Assembly: GCA_964016885.1 (NCBI GenBank)
Contig: OZ024753.1
Span: forward strand, 15,748,001 to 15,812,000
Direction: 5' to 3'
Source: Eledone cirrhosa
Lineage: Eukaryota
Length of the DNA stretch: 64,000 nucleotides
In this document: piece by piece, positions 1 through 12,402 of the stretch
Layout of the letters: the number at the start of each line of letters is the position of its first letter
Numbering within the stretch: position 1 is the stretch's first letter
Translations under genes and position numbers: made by a program
Notes under the pieces: generated by a model
Databases searched by the model: none
Seen by the model: only the letters and a program-made list of their open reading frames with translations
What the model was told of the DNA's origin: nothing

Positions 1-819
1 GTATTATTCTCAAGCAGGACACTTGACCCCTTGTGACTGGTCAAAGAGTGAGAGATGTTATTCTCAAGCAGGAAATCCCACCCCATGACTGGCAGTCACC
101 CCATGGCTGGCAATAGAGTGGATTTTGTTAAAGGTACTCCAGGGAGATATAATGGTGAGAATATGGATGGTAGATTGTCTATCGAACCCAAGACAATGTA
201 GTTTTAAAATGGAGATCTCAAACAACACAGGGCCTCACTAATAATGTCATAAAGAATATCACTGGTATTTAATTCATTGATTCCAATCTCAGAGGAACAA
301 CAAACGTGATGTAAGGGTTCTCCACAAAATATCAGAACTTACTGCAATCAGGGAACTTACATGGCCTTCAGCCAGCTCAGCCTTTCATTTCTGGAAGTCT
401 AATTCCCTCTCCACTATATGGATCTCCAATATCCAGTGCCACAAATCTTTGGACAGCCGTGTGTTCCTGCTTCACCGGCACTATCTATAGTAAAAGATAG
501 AAATCCAAGGCACCACACAGAGGGACTGAATGAGGTGGCAGTAAATGACACTTGTTAATCACACATCAACACCTCTTGTTTCTATAGAGAAGTTTCCACG
601 TGGAATCAGTGAATATCAGATATTTATTGAGCTTCCAACTCTCAAGTATTGGAAGCAATTAAAACCTTATATGACACAGTTGATAATGTTAATTTTATTT
701 CTCTACTGGCTTCAGTCATTAGACTGGGGCCATGCTGGGGCACAGCCTTAATAGTGATTATATCAACATCAGTACTTACTTTACCCATTTCTTTTTGTTA
801 AACCCTAAGTTACAGGAAG

Positions 820-850
820 GACACACATACACACACATACACATACATGT

Positions 851-881
<31 letters not shown>

Positions 882-1024
882 TATATACATATATATATGA
901 TGATGGCTGCCCCCTCGTTATCGAGTATGGTCATTGCGCTAGAAGAAAAAAAAAAAATAAATAAATAAAAAAAAATAAATAAATAAAAAATAAAAAATAA
1001 AAAATAAAAAATAAAAAATAAAAA

Positions 1025-1061
<37 letters not shown>

Positions 1062-1215
1062 CACACACACACACATACATACATTAATAACAATAATAAT
1101 AATAATAATAATAACAATAATAATAACGACAACAACAATAATAATATACATATACATATATATATACACATACACGCACACACATAAGCATATCTATACA
1201 CACACACACGCACAC
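820..1215. repeat. Compound microsatellite cluster (CA, TA, A-rich, TAA)
   Basis: Direct reading of (CA)n, (TA)n, (TAAAAAA)n and (TAA)n tracts. Confidence 0.95.
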
Positions 1216-1223
1216 GATAGCAA

Positions 1224-2751
1224 CTAACAGCGCTGCGATCGAATGTGGCTTTTTAGCCCAGCCAATGATCTAAAATGTCTTGCACAGAGTCGGCAACCAA
1301 AACATTCACTGGGAATAGTCGGCTGTGGTTGGAGTGCGTGTACTTTTGCATGTCGCTTGAGCCCTCCTGCTGATTTACATTCTCTACCACATGTTTGGCA
1401 AGCATGATGAGTAGCATCTCCAACAGCAGCCTGGTAGTCAACCACTGGTCTTACTTTATGACTGCGAAGATGACTTTCGAGTCCAGCTTTGCTTAGGCAG
1501 AGTCTCGCACAGGCGCTGCATGTCAGCACCATAGGAGGACCCTCGCCGTCTGGAAGTGCAACAGCAATGCCCTTCCTCACATCCCGCTTTACTTTCTCGT
1601 ATGCGATTCGAGATGCCTCAAAGACAACTTTTTCCCTCATATACAGTCTTTCTGCATTTATTACGATCAGCAGCAACATTTTCCCATGTATCAGCAGAGA
1701 TGTTAGCGTCTTTCAGAGAGGCTTTCAAGGAATCCTTATACCTCTTTTTTGGTTTATGTGGCGGTCGTTTTCCTTTAACCAACTCTCCATAAAAGAGTTG
1801 TTTTGGTATTCTAGAATCCTTCATCCTGGCAAGGTGACCACTCCAACGGAGTCGTTGCTTAATCACAAGAGCTTCTATACTGTCACACATAGAGCTTTCC
1901 AAAATCTCGACATCACTGATGTGGTCCCTCCAGTGAACGCCATGGATCCGTCTGAGACACATCTGATGGAAACGCTCCAATTGTTTAAGGTGGTGTCGAT
2001 ATGTGACCCAGGTCTTGCAGGCATAAAGAAGACAAGAGAGCACACATGCCCTGTACACCTTTACCTTTGTCCTCCTGCATATGTCTTGCCAACCCCAGAG
2101 TCGCCTTTCTAGCTTTCCGAAAGCATCACTTGCTTTCCTAATCCTAAGTGAGATTTCCCTGTCAAGGTTGCTGTATCGATTGACAGTGCTTCCCAGGTAG
2201 ACAAACTGATCAACCACTCCAAGTCGTTTGCCATACACATAGATGTTTGGTTCAGTGTACTGCTTACTAGGGGCAGGTTGGTACATGACGACGGTTTTCT
2301 TGAGACTGACAGTCAATCCTAGGGGGGTGCAAGCGTCAGAAAATGCATTCAAAATGTGCTGCATATCACTCTCTGTGTGCTACAAGATCGCAATCATCTG
2401 CATACAAGAGGTCTCTTCTGATTGATGTAAATACTTTTGTCTTCGCAGCAAAGCGCCTGATGTTAAATATGCTGCCTGAGGTTCGATATCGGATGTAAAC
2501 ACCATGCTCGCAATTCCTGAATGCAATACAGAAAACCATTGCAAAGTATATGGCAAACAGGGTCGGTGCTGGAATATCCCCCTGTTTCACTCCATTTTTT
2601 ACTGAGATAGGCTCCGACATGTTACCTCCGACATTAACCCAAGCCTTCATGTCGTCATGGAAAGACCTAACTAAAGCAAGGAACTTATCAGGGCAACCAA
2701 GTTTCTGGAGAACCGTTCCATAATGCATCTCTGTTAACAGTATCGAAAGCT
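1224..2751 (-). mobile_element. 5'-truncated, frameshifted RTE-type LINE ORF (RT domain plus C-terminal C2H2-like fingers)
   Basis: ORFs 2366-2767, 1618-2364 and 1224-1679 carry AFDTV, GVKQGDIPAPTLF, LLYADD, FVYLGS, RLRWSGHLARM and three CxxC...H motifs; split by frameshifts. Confidence 0.93.
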
Positions 2752-2822
2752 TCAGTTTCCGTCCCACCCTTGCAAGCAGGGAAAAAGCGAACGTAAAATG
2801 AAATGATGATGATGATGATGAT
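2752..2822 (+). mobile_element. SINE-A/LINE 3' tail fragment
   Basis: gtcccacccttgcaagcagggaaaaagcgaacgtaaaatgaa(atg)n, the same tail as other SINE-A copies. Confidence 0.8.
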
Positions 2823-2860
2823 ATATATATAAATTAGAATTGGTGCTCTGAAATAACGAT

Positions 2861-3146
2861 ATATATATGAATGTATATACAGTGTATTTTGCAATACACT
2901 GTATGCTTAATTAAAAGCATTACAAACACCTTACGCTATTGTTTTAAAGTAGTGACAGTGTCACTTACTTCAATTTTCAGCAAATAAGGGGAGATAAGCT
3001 GACAGAGCTCTGTTTCGTGCTTGTTGGTACTTATCAAAGCTCACCACTCCTCTGTCACTACTTTAAAATAATAGCGTAAGGTCTTCGAAATGCTTTTAAT
3101 TAAGCATACAGTGTATTGCAAAATACACTATATATACATTCATATA
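2861..3146. mobile_element. Fold-back element (~95-bp inverted arms) with a hammerhead motif in the loop
   Basis: Arm ~2861-2958 is the reverse complement of ~3052-3146. Confidence 0.85.
2996..3042 (-). ncRNA. Type I hammerhead ribozyme motif, U3-A8 core variant
   Basis: Minus strand gagct-TTGATAA-gtaccaacaagcac-GAAA-cagagctctg-TC-agctt: stem I gagct/agctt, palindromic stem III, GUC site. Confidence 0.75.
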
Positions 3147-3147
3147 T

Positions 3148-3484
3148 CATCATCATTTCATTTTACGTCAGCTTTTCCCTGCTTGCAAGGGTGGGACGGG
3201 AACTGATTCTGGCTTGATTTCTACAGCTGGATGTCCTTCCTAACACCAACCTCATTTACACTGAGTGCTGGGTGCTTTTTTGCCGTGGCACCTCCACGAC
3301 CACTTTGTAGTGGAATGATAGGGACCCCAGTCTCTATCATCTCATTTCTACAGCTGAGTAAACTGGAGCAATGTGAAATAAAGTGTCTTGCTCAAGGAAA
3401 CAACACATCACCCGGGTCTGAGAATTGAACTCACAACCTTTCGATTGCAAAGCCAATGCTCTAACCACTAAGCCATATGCCTCC
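3148..3484 (-). mobile_element. tRNA-derived SINE family A, full length
   Basis: Minus strand A-box tggcttagtggttagagc, B-box gagttcaattc, body tccttgagcaagacacttt, (ATG)n tail. Confidence 0.9.
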
Positions 3485-3486
3485 AT

Positions 3487-3543
<57 letters not shown>

Positions 3544-3585
3544 ATACTTGGGGAGGGTCATATTGTTGTAATAATATTGCAGAAA

Positions 3586-3770
3586 TAATTGTTTCTACTT
3601 TTCGCACAAGGCCACCAATTACCTAGTGTATTACTGGTACTTTATTTTATCGACCCCGTAAGGATGAAAGGCAAAGTTAACCTCGGCGGGATTTGAACTC
3701 AGACCGTAAAGGGACGTAACTATGCTGGAAAGCACGGTGTCCGACCTTCTATCGACACTCCCAATCCACT
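3586..3770 (-). mobile_element. tRNA-derived SINE family B
   Basis: tggcagt...gagttcaaatccc...ttgcctttcatcc...gtagaaacaattatt, repeated about 10 times in the window. Confidence 0.88.
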
Positions 3771-3816
3771 ATAGCCAGATAATGGGTATATATATATATA
3801 TATATGAATATTTATA

Positions 3817-3865
<49 letters not shown>

Positions 3866-3960
3866 GTCTACTAAATGCTCCACCGAACATTTTCCCCTCC
3901 TCTAAAATTGTTGGCCTTGTACCTAAATCAGAAACCCTTGTTGTTTTGTCTATTGCCACA

Positions 3961-4508
3961 ATCATCATCATCATCATCACTGCTTTACGTCCATTCTTCC
4001 CCGATAGCATGGGTTAGACAGGTTGTCCTGTTGTGGGCTGTGTCTGGTTGGCTGACCTTGTCTTGCTCATACAGGAACTGATTCTGGCTAGATTTCTACA
4101 GCTGGATGCCCTTCCTAACACCAACCTCATTTACAGTGAGTGCTAGGTGCTTTTTTTCCATGGCGCCTACACATCCACTTTACAGTGTGGGCTGAGTGCT
4201 TTATTGCCGTGGCACCTCCACGACCACTTTACAGTGTGGGCTAGGTGCTTTTTTTCCATGGCGCCTACACGTCCACTTTACAGTGTGCGCTGTGTGCTCT
4301 TTTGCCGTGGCACCTCCACAACCACTTTGCAGTGGAATGATAGGGACGCCAGTCCCTATCATCTCATTTCTACAATTGAGTAAACTGGAGCAATGTGAAA
4401 TAAAGTGTCTTGCTCAAGGAAACAACACATCACGCAGTCCGAGTATTGAACTCACAACCTTTTGATTGCAAGCCCAATGCTCTAACCACTAAGCCATGCA
4501 CCTTCACA
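3961..4508 (-). mobile_element. SINE-A with four internal ~48-bp tandem units and an alternative tail
   Basis: cactttacagtgtgggctgggtgctttt...gtggcacc unit repeated ~4130-4330. Confidence 0.88.
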
Positions 4509-5294
4509 CTAAGCCATGCACCTTCACAATGGTTGTATCAATCCATCATCTCTGTAAAGATATTGTAATAGATTAAATACTGTATCAGTGAAATAGATCT
4601 ACTCTCTCTTATCATGCAAACTTCTCATACATTCCACTATGTTTCTGAAATGTAGTAGAAATTTATGCATTATTAATAAAACATGCACATGCAGGAAGTA
4701 TACACTTTTGATTTAACTCCCAAGCCAGCTTAAATTGATTCCGCTTTACAGGAGCCATTATAATTATGGATTTTTGACACGTTCAAATAAATTTTCCTCT
4801 TGGGTCACAGAACAAGTGGTTGTGCTTCAAGGAGGATATATTCTAAAAGTCTTCAGCCTAGTTTAGACACAATGTCTGTTCATTGTCTGATCTGATGTTA
4901 GAATTTAGCTACTTTTCTTCATTTGTTGCCTTCAAGAATATGGGAAGGAAGGGACAGTACCCATGGCCTTCATAAGTCCTCAAATTGAAGAGATCAATAT
5001 TGATGATGACTGCATATTGACTGCAAGGCTTCATAGGTCATTTTAAGACCATCTTCCCTGTTAAAGTCGGGGTTAGCCATGCAGGCCCCATGACAAACTT
5101 TTATATATGCAGTATATATGCAGTGTATATGCAGTGTATATGCAGTGTATATGCAGCATATATACAGTGTTTTTCAATATTTGCACTTATTTTATTGGTT
5201 TCAGTCAGCAGACTGTGACCATGCTGGGGCACCACAACCAACCGAAGTACTTACAGTATATACCCAAATATATGATGTCCCTGCATATTTTATG

Positions 5295-5851
5295 TCTGAG
5301 AATTGGACAGGTTGGAAGAAGTTTAGGTAGCTGCTTCCTCTGCTGACGAAGAACGGTTTCTCCCTGCGTACGAAAGGCCGGTTGAATGATGCCTGTGTGA
5401 GGTGCGCAATGCTGCATGGTAGTGAGACATGGGCAGCAACTCCAGAGGATAAGCGATGGCTGGAGAGAAATGAGGCAAGCATGCTCTGTTGGATGTGCAA
5501 TGCCAATGTGCGTGAAGGACCAAGCATGGATGTGTTGAGAGACAAACTGTGTCTGAGAGGGATAGAATGTAGTGTGCGAGAGAGGAGACTGAGGTGGTAT
5601 GAACACATGATGCGCATGGAGGATGACCAATGGGTGAAGTGCCAAGAAATGCCAGAAGAAGGAAGATGCAGTAAAGGTAGACCACGAAAAACATGGGCGG
5701 AGGTGGTGAGAGCAGACCTCAGCTAACTGAAGCTCACAGTGGAGATGACGAAGGACCGTGACAAGTGGAGAGATGCTGTGCTGAATAGGACCTATCCCAC
5801 CCTTGCAAGCTGGGAAAGGCGGACGTAAAATGATGATGATGATGATGATGA
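5295..5851 (+). mobile_element. RTE-like LINE 3' end
   Basis: MLHGSETW, RERRLRWYEHMMRM, GRPRKTWAEVV followed by a tail ending in (ATG)n. Confidence 0.9.
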
Positions 5852-5999
5852 ATTGGGCAAATATCCAAACCTCATTTATAAGCCAGAGCAGCTAATCAAC
5901 ACATTGTTTAGATTGGGTATATAAGTCACCTTCTTCCCGTCATTTTACCATCGTTTAGGGGGTCACATATTCCTCGACTTATATTTCAGTATATGCAGT
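5852..5999 (-). mobile_element. Tc1/pogo-like MITE fragment (MITE-P)
   Basis: Reverse complement atatactgaaatataagtcgaggaatatgtgacc...ggtaaaatg...tctaaacaatgtg matches copies at ~34300/35815 and ~37575-37770; superfamily assignment is an inference. Confidence 0.6.
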
Positions 6000-6058
6000 A
6001 TGTAGAATATGCGAGGTAGAATGGTTGATGTAGCATCTACTGCTGGCTGTTCCTCATG

Positions 6059-6452
6059 TTAATAATTGTTTCTACTTTTGGCACAAGGCCAGCAATTATC
6101 CCAGTGTATTACCAGTACTTTATTTTATCGACCCTGTAAGGATGAAAGGCAAAGTTAAACTCAGCGGGATTTGAACTAAGTCCATAAAGGGCCGTAACTC
6201 TTTGCTGCAAAGCATGGCGTCCGACCCTCTACCAATACTGCCAATCCACCATTCTTCCTGTTAATAATTGTTTCTACTTTTTGGCACAAGGCCAGCAATT
6301 ACCCAGTGCATTACTGGTACTTTATTTTATCGACCCCGTAAGGATGAAAGGCAAAGTCAACCTCAGCGGGATTTGAACTCAGATCGTTAAGGGACGTAAC
6401 TATGCTGGAAAGCATGGCATCCGACCCTCTACCGATACTGCCAATTCACCGC
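6059..6452 (-). mobile_element. Two tandem SINE-B copies
   Basis: Two head-to-tail ~190-bp copies of the SINE-B consensus. Confidence 0.88.
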
Positions 6453-7092
6453 CTAATAGTAGTTTTCCTCATCCCGTTAATAATGCCTGTACCACCTTGT
6501 CCAAGGGGCCCCAGCAGTGATATACAGTCCTGTCCAGCCAACAATGAAGGGTTTGCCCCTTTCTCCATTTTTCTCTTGCATTTTTCTTTCTTTTTATATT
6601 CATTTTTTTTTTTACTTTTTGTCATTTTGTAATGTATTTAAAAGTGTAAATATAATTTTAGTGTATCTTTCAGTGAAAAATAAATAAATAATTCTTTTAT
6701 GATCAACCATATATAAGCCTTCTCATCAAATTGTGTTACATATTCACAATGGAACACAGCAGAGTGTTTATGATCTATTAGATAGATATTTTAAAACAGA
6801 ACAGAACGATTTTTGGAAATTGTTTTAAGTTAAATGGATTAAACAGTACGATTTGACAAACAGATAAACCGTTTTTCTTTACAGGAAATTTCCCAATAAC
6901 GAGATATTTCTATTTCTATTATATATATTTATAACACAGAAAGAAGAAAGAAATTAAACCTAAATGAAATACAATAGTATTTCTTCAAAGGGATTCTAGA
7001 TATGATTAATAAATTAAATTTCATACCAACGGAAATATTGTCAGAATTTGGAAAAAGGAATACCAATTGAAAATATATAACAATAAATACAG

Positions 7093-7211
7093 CATATGTG
7101 TGTGTATATGTGTTTTGTGTCTGTGTATATATATATATATGTTTGTGTGTGTGTGTGTGTATATATTTATATATGTGTTTGTGTCTGTGTATATATATAT
7201 ATATTTATATG

Positions 7212-7264
<53 letters not shown>

Positions 7265-7387
7265 ATATATATATTAATATGCATATATATATATATGTGT
7301 GTGTGTGCATATATATATATATATATTTATATGCATATATATATATATATATATGTGTGTATATATATATTTACATGCATATGTATA

Positions 7388-7418
<31 letters not shown>

Positions 7419-7461
7419 TTATATGTGTGTATATATATTTACATGCATATGTATATATATA

Positions 7462-7502
<41 letters not shown>

Positions 7503-7609
7503 GCATATATATATATATATATATTTATATGCATATATATATATATATATGTGTGTGTGTATATATATATATATATATTTATATGCATCTATATGTATAT
7601 ATATATATA

Positions 7610-7641
<32 letters not shown>

Positions 7642-7728
7642 CAAACACACACACACATATATACATATATACTAACACACACACACATATATACATATAT
7701 ATATACAAACACACACACACACATATAC

Positions 7729-7775
<47 letters not shown>

Positions 7776-7866
7776 AACACATACACACATATATATACAT
7801 ATAAATATATATATATATATATACAAACACACAAACACATACACACATATATATACATATATGTAT
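7093..7866. repeat. Compound (TA)n/(TG)n/(CA)n microsatellite
   Basis: Direct reading. Confidence 0.95.
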
Positions 7867-8859
7867 AATGGGATTCAGGAAACTAAATATAACATTCTGT
7901 AGAAAAGGTATATTATCAGATTTAAAATATTTCTAGTAATGGCGACAACCTGCTTTCTTAGATCTAGTATAGCTTGCTTTTAAAGTGTACAAGTGACTGT
8001 CTGAAAATAGAAAGAAATTGTTTCATTTAAAACTATTATCTTCTGACACAAATATGATCCCCATACTAATCAATGAAAGCTATTTATATTGTTTGGAATT
8101 AAAAGTCAAATGTATGTTGAAGCTAATATTTTCTATAAAACAACTGTTTGTTCTTTGTGGGGGGTTTTGGGGGTTTGTTTTTTCTCTGGAAGTGAAACCA
8201 CATTGCCAAGTGGTTAAAGTATCAGCCTCGTGTTTGTAAGAGTGTGAGTTTGATTCCTAGATCAGGTGACACATTGGTGAATCCTTGAGCAAGATATTTT
8301 ATTTCATAGTAGTCCAGTTCACTCAGTTCAAAAAAAAAAAAAATGAGTCATAATGATACTGGTGCCAAGTTATATCAATCTTTGCCCCTTTTTGTGGGGG
8401 TTGGGAGCAACATCAGAAAAAGTGGGTAAAAATATAAATCTAATTAATACCTCTATTGTTTAATTTGGTGACAAATATAGACATATGAAAGGTGGGGAAT
8501 TGGCAGAATTGTTAGAATGTTGGATAAAATGCTTTCTAGTATTTGTTCAGACTCTCTACTCTCTCAGTTCAAATCCCACCGACGTCAACTTTGCTTTTCA
8601 TCCATTGAAGGTTGATATAAAAAGTACCAGTCAAGTACTAGGGTTGATTATTCCTCTATATATCTTTCTCACTCCCATTCCCTCACTTTCTATCCTTCTC
8701 TGAAAGAAATCTGCTGTATTCAGACCTGGAGATGATTGGGCTGAGCCAGGATAAAAACATAAATGCCCTAGAAATGCTGTACGTAAATAGAACTACATTA
8801 CGATTCCCTCAGGAGTTATGGGACCATGCATAGATATAATAAGGCATATATGTACTAAA

Positions 8860-9350
8860 TACAGGGGGTGGGGGCTGAAAAGATTCATAGGCTGACTATG
8901 AAGGAATGATGCTAGTGCTGTGAAATCTTGCATACATCAATTTCAACTCTTCTTATTAATAGCTGTATTGTTTCTTTCCAGGAACTATATTGAAAAATAA
9001 ACCTCATTTGGTCATTCCATGAGAGTATGTTAGTCAGACAATGAAGGAGTGATGCTAGAGCTGTGAAATCTTGCATACATCAATTTCAACTCTTCTTATT
9101 AATAACTGCATTGTTTCTTTCCAGGGACTATGTTGAAAAATAAACCTCATTTGGTCATTCCATGAGAGTATGTTAGTCAGACAATGAAGGAGTGATGCTA
9201 GAGCTGTGAAATCTTGCATGCATTAATTTCAACTCTTCTTATCAATAACTTCATTGTTTCTTTCTAGGGACTTTGTTGAAAAATAAACCTCATTTGGTCA
9301 TTCCATGAGAGTATCTTAGTCAGCCTCTGAACCTTTCATCTGACCTTCAT
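8860..9350. mobile_element. Mariner-like MITE with a triplicated ~143-bp interior
   Basis: Ends ...gctgaaaagattcataggctgac / gtcagcctctgaacctttcatctgacc are inverted; interior repeated 3x; single-unit copy at 35922-36095. Confidence 0.7.
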
Positions 9351-9764
9351 GCAACGGAGTAATAAATAACTATGGTATTGTTAATATCCATTGGCTGTCT
9401 AGGTGACAGTGTTAAACTATTTCCTAGGTAACCGAGGAATTAACAGATTGCTAAGTTACTACATTCATATCCAATATGAAATATAGTCATTAATAAAATC
9501 ATGATTGTCAATAATGTTGAAGCCAACCTAAATTCCACAGTCAACATCTCGATAGGTGTTGGTGTTGTGTGAAGGAATCATTTCAAAAGTCTTGTAGCCA
9601 TGTTTGTTGTTATAATCTGCTCAGTTGGTTGGAAAGCACATTCTCGAAGTGTTCAATGAAATGGCCATCTCTAAACATGAACTAACCAACCATTTAATGT
9701 CATTTAATAGGCAGTCGTTAGAGTATTGATTAAATGTCTTCATATTTGTTCTAGCTCTCTGAAC

Positions 9765-10280
9765 TCTTCATCATCTTCTTCTTCACCAATGTATTCCTGA
9801 GAGGGTAGAGGGGGAAGTGTCCTCAAACACTCCTTCCAACAGGTCTTGTCAGAAACAATTGCATCCAACTGATCCAGCTGGATCCCTAAGAGAGACCAGC
9901 CACACTCATTGATGTTATCCAACTATCTTGCTTGGGATCTACTCCTGGGTCTTCTGCCAGTTGGTTTTATCCATAAAATCTGTCCAGCTATTCTTTCCTG
10001 AGACATTCTAACCAATTGACTTTAGTATCTGAGCTGTGATCACTCATTTCAGGGATGTAGTAGCGCTACCTGGAGTGACTCTCTGCTCTCCAAGCTACGC
10101 AATCTATTGAGTAGCATAACTCCAAAGACACTTCGGAGGAACCCCATTTTGGCCACTTGTATTTGCAAATACCAAATTGAAGATAGTGAGTTTGGCTTTT
10201 ATGCCTACCTCTCTTCTCATTACCGAATGCTGAAGCTGTTGCAGTAATACACCGGCTTCTCAGTTTAACTATCAATAGAG
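9765..10280 (-). mobile_element. LINE C-terminal/3' fragment
   Basis: Minus-strand peptides REVGIKAKLTIFNLVF and GWSLLGIQLDQLDAIVSDKTCWKECL; GAA-rich tail; second copy at 62320-62630. Confidence 0.75.
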
Positions 10281-10630
10281 AGCAACAGGCTGCAAGTATG
10301 GCCAAGTAGTGTTTAAAAAAATTTAATTGATAAGCATGTTGTTTTAAAGTTTGATCCTATTTACATGGAAAAAAGATTTCTCTTTGTTATACTTTGGGAG
10401 GGTCATGTTGCCAATAAGAAACACATGCACCAGTTGCTTTCACTCCAATTTATTATAAATTAAATTTATGAATTAAATTTATAAATTTAAGAAATTTGTA
10501 AATTTCCAGTTGGTTGGTTCACAACCGGACGGTTGTTCATATATTTTCAAAGTTATTTCGTCACACATTCTGTGACCTCTTCAGTGACTGGGGATTCTTT
10601 TCTTTGTTTTGTGCCTCCCCTTTTCTCTTT

Positions 10631-11087
10631 CGGTGGAATGGCAGTATCGGTAGAGGGTCGGACGCCATGCTTTCCAGCATAGTTACGTCCCTTTACGATC
10701 TGAGTTCAAATCCCGCCGAGGTTGACTTTGCCTTTCATCCTTATGGGGTCGATAAAATAAAAGTACCAGTAATGCACTGGGTAATTTGCTGGCCTTGTGC
10801 CTAAAGTAGAAACAATTATTTTAAAATAATAAAGATTTCTCTTTATTATTTTATATACCATAAGGGTGGTGCATTGGCAGTATCAGTAGAGCGTCGGACA
10901 CCATGCTTTGCAGCAGAGAGTTATGCCCCTTTATAATCTGAGTTCAAATCTTGCCGAAGTTAGCTTTGCCTTTCATCCTTATGGGGTCAATAAAATAAAG
11001 TTCCAGTAATGCACTGGGGTTGATTTAATCGACTTTCACTTCCCCCAAAAATTGCTGGCCTTGTGCCTATATAAGAAAACCATTATT
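10631..11087 (+). mobile_element. Two SINE-B copies
   Basis: Copies at ~10631-10820 and ~10865-11087. Confidence 0.85.
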
Positions 11088-11335
11088 TTATATACCATAA
11101 CCTTGGTTAAACCGAAAGCTTGCGAATGATATTGAGTAGACTGAAAATGTGCTGAAGCCAGTTCCATGGAATGTAGTTGTCCATGAAAGATAAACTTAAC
11201 CTATAATGTGGTCCATATAACGAGTACCAGTTGCAGAGTTCAATCAAGTCCTTTGGTGATAGGATAACTTTATTTCTTCCAAAACAGCATGACAGGGTGC
11301 TGTCTTGTTATCTCAATAAATCATAAACAAACACA

Positions 11336-11390
<55 letters not shown>

Positions 11391-11744
11391 GCATCCCAGC
11401 TAGCTAGATATTGGGTTAGATAGTTAGATAGATAAACAGACATAGATAGATACACAGATAGATAGGTAGGTAAGCAGATGGCAGACACACAATTAGACAG
11501 GCGGATAGATAGATAGATAGGTTGATAAATAAATAGATAGGTTGACAGGTCGATAGATGAGAAATACTTCTGCTCACTTTGCATGTGTGAAAAACACTCT
11601 AACAAGGCATTGATCGGTCAGAATACACCAACGTTCTACAAAGTGCGAAGAATTTAAAACTTTGTGGTTGTGAAAAAAATTTCTTAACCATATGCTTACA
11701 GTTGCGGGTGTTGTGTATAGTTGAAGAAATCAACTCAAAAGTAA

Positions 11745-12140
11745 TACAGAGGAGACTGAGGTTATCTGGACATGCCCACCGACATTCAGAGTTGACACTG
11801 CAGTCAGTGCTCCTGTGGGAGCCCCTACACGGATACACTAGAAGAGGGGGACTGAGGCTATGTATGTATATATAAATATATATACAGCTCCAAAGTAACA
11901 CGGAGGAGACTGAGGTTATCTGGACATGTTCACCGACATTCAGAGTTGACACTGCACTGAGTGCTCCCGTGGGAGCCCCTACACGGACACACTAGAAGAG
12001 GGAGACCAAGGTTGACCTATGTTGATGCCCTAAGGATAGACAAAGGTCTGTTGGAGACGCAGGAGATGGCAGCGCTGATTAGGGACAGAGACCGCTGGAG
12101 AGAACTCGTCCATGGATCTCAGGAATTTTACCCGCTCTAG
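11745..12140 (+). mobile_element. RTE-like LINE 3' fragment with a local duplication
   Basis: RRLRLSGH..RHSELTL..VL.WEPLHG.TRRG segment present twice, then RPRLTYVDAL...RDRDRWR. Confidence 0.75.
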
Positions 12141-12402
12141 ATATATGCTTGGTTGTCACCAATTTGTCCAGCTCGGTTGACCGCCAGTATATCAAAAGAA
12201 AATTGCATCTCCTATCCGTTTTATATGGCATGAACATGTTTTGGATTATGTTATACATAAGCCTTACATCTTTGAAATATATAAAATAAAATAAAATAGA
12301 GATGATCTAAAATAATTATCTTTTGTTTATTATTAAATATATATCTAGGGCAGGTCAAATTCCCAAGAAAAAAAAAATATATATACATATACACACATAT
12401 AT

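Noticed and set aside
1224-1679. Stand-alone host C2H2 zinc-finger gene
   Set aside because: Contiguous with and overlapping the LINE RT reading frame; part of the retroelement
7067-7868. YI/CV-rich ORFs here and at ~27000 and ~30600
   Set aside because: Dinucleotide microsatellite translations
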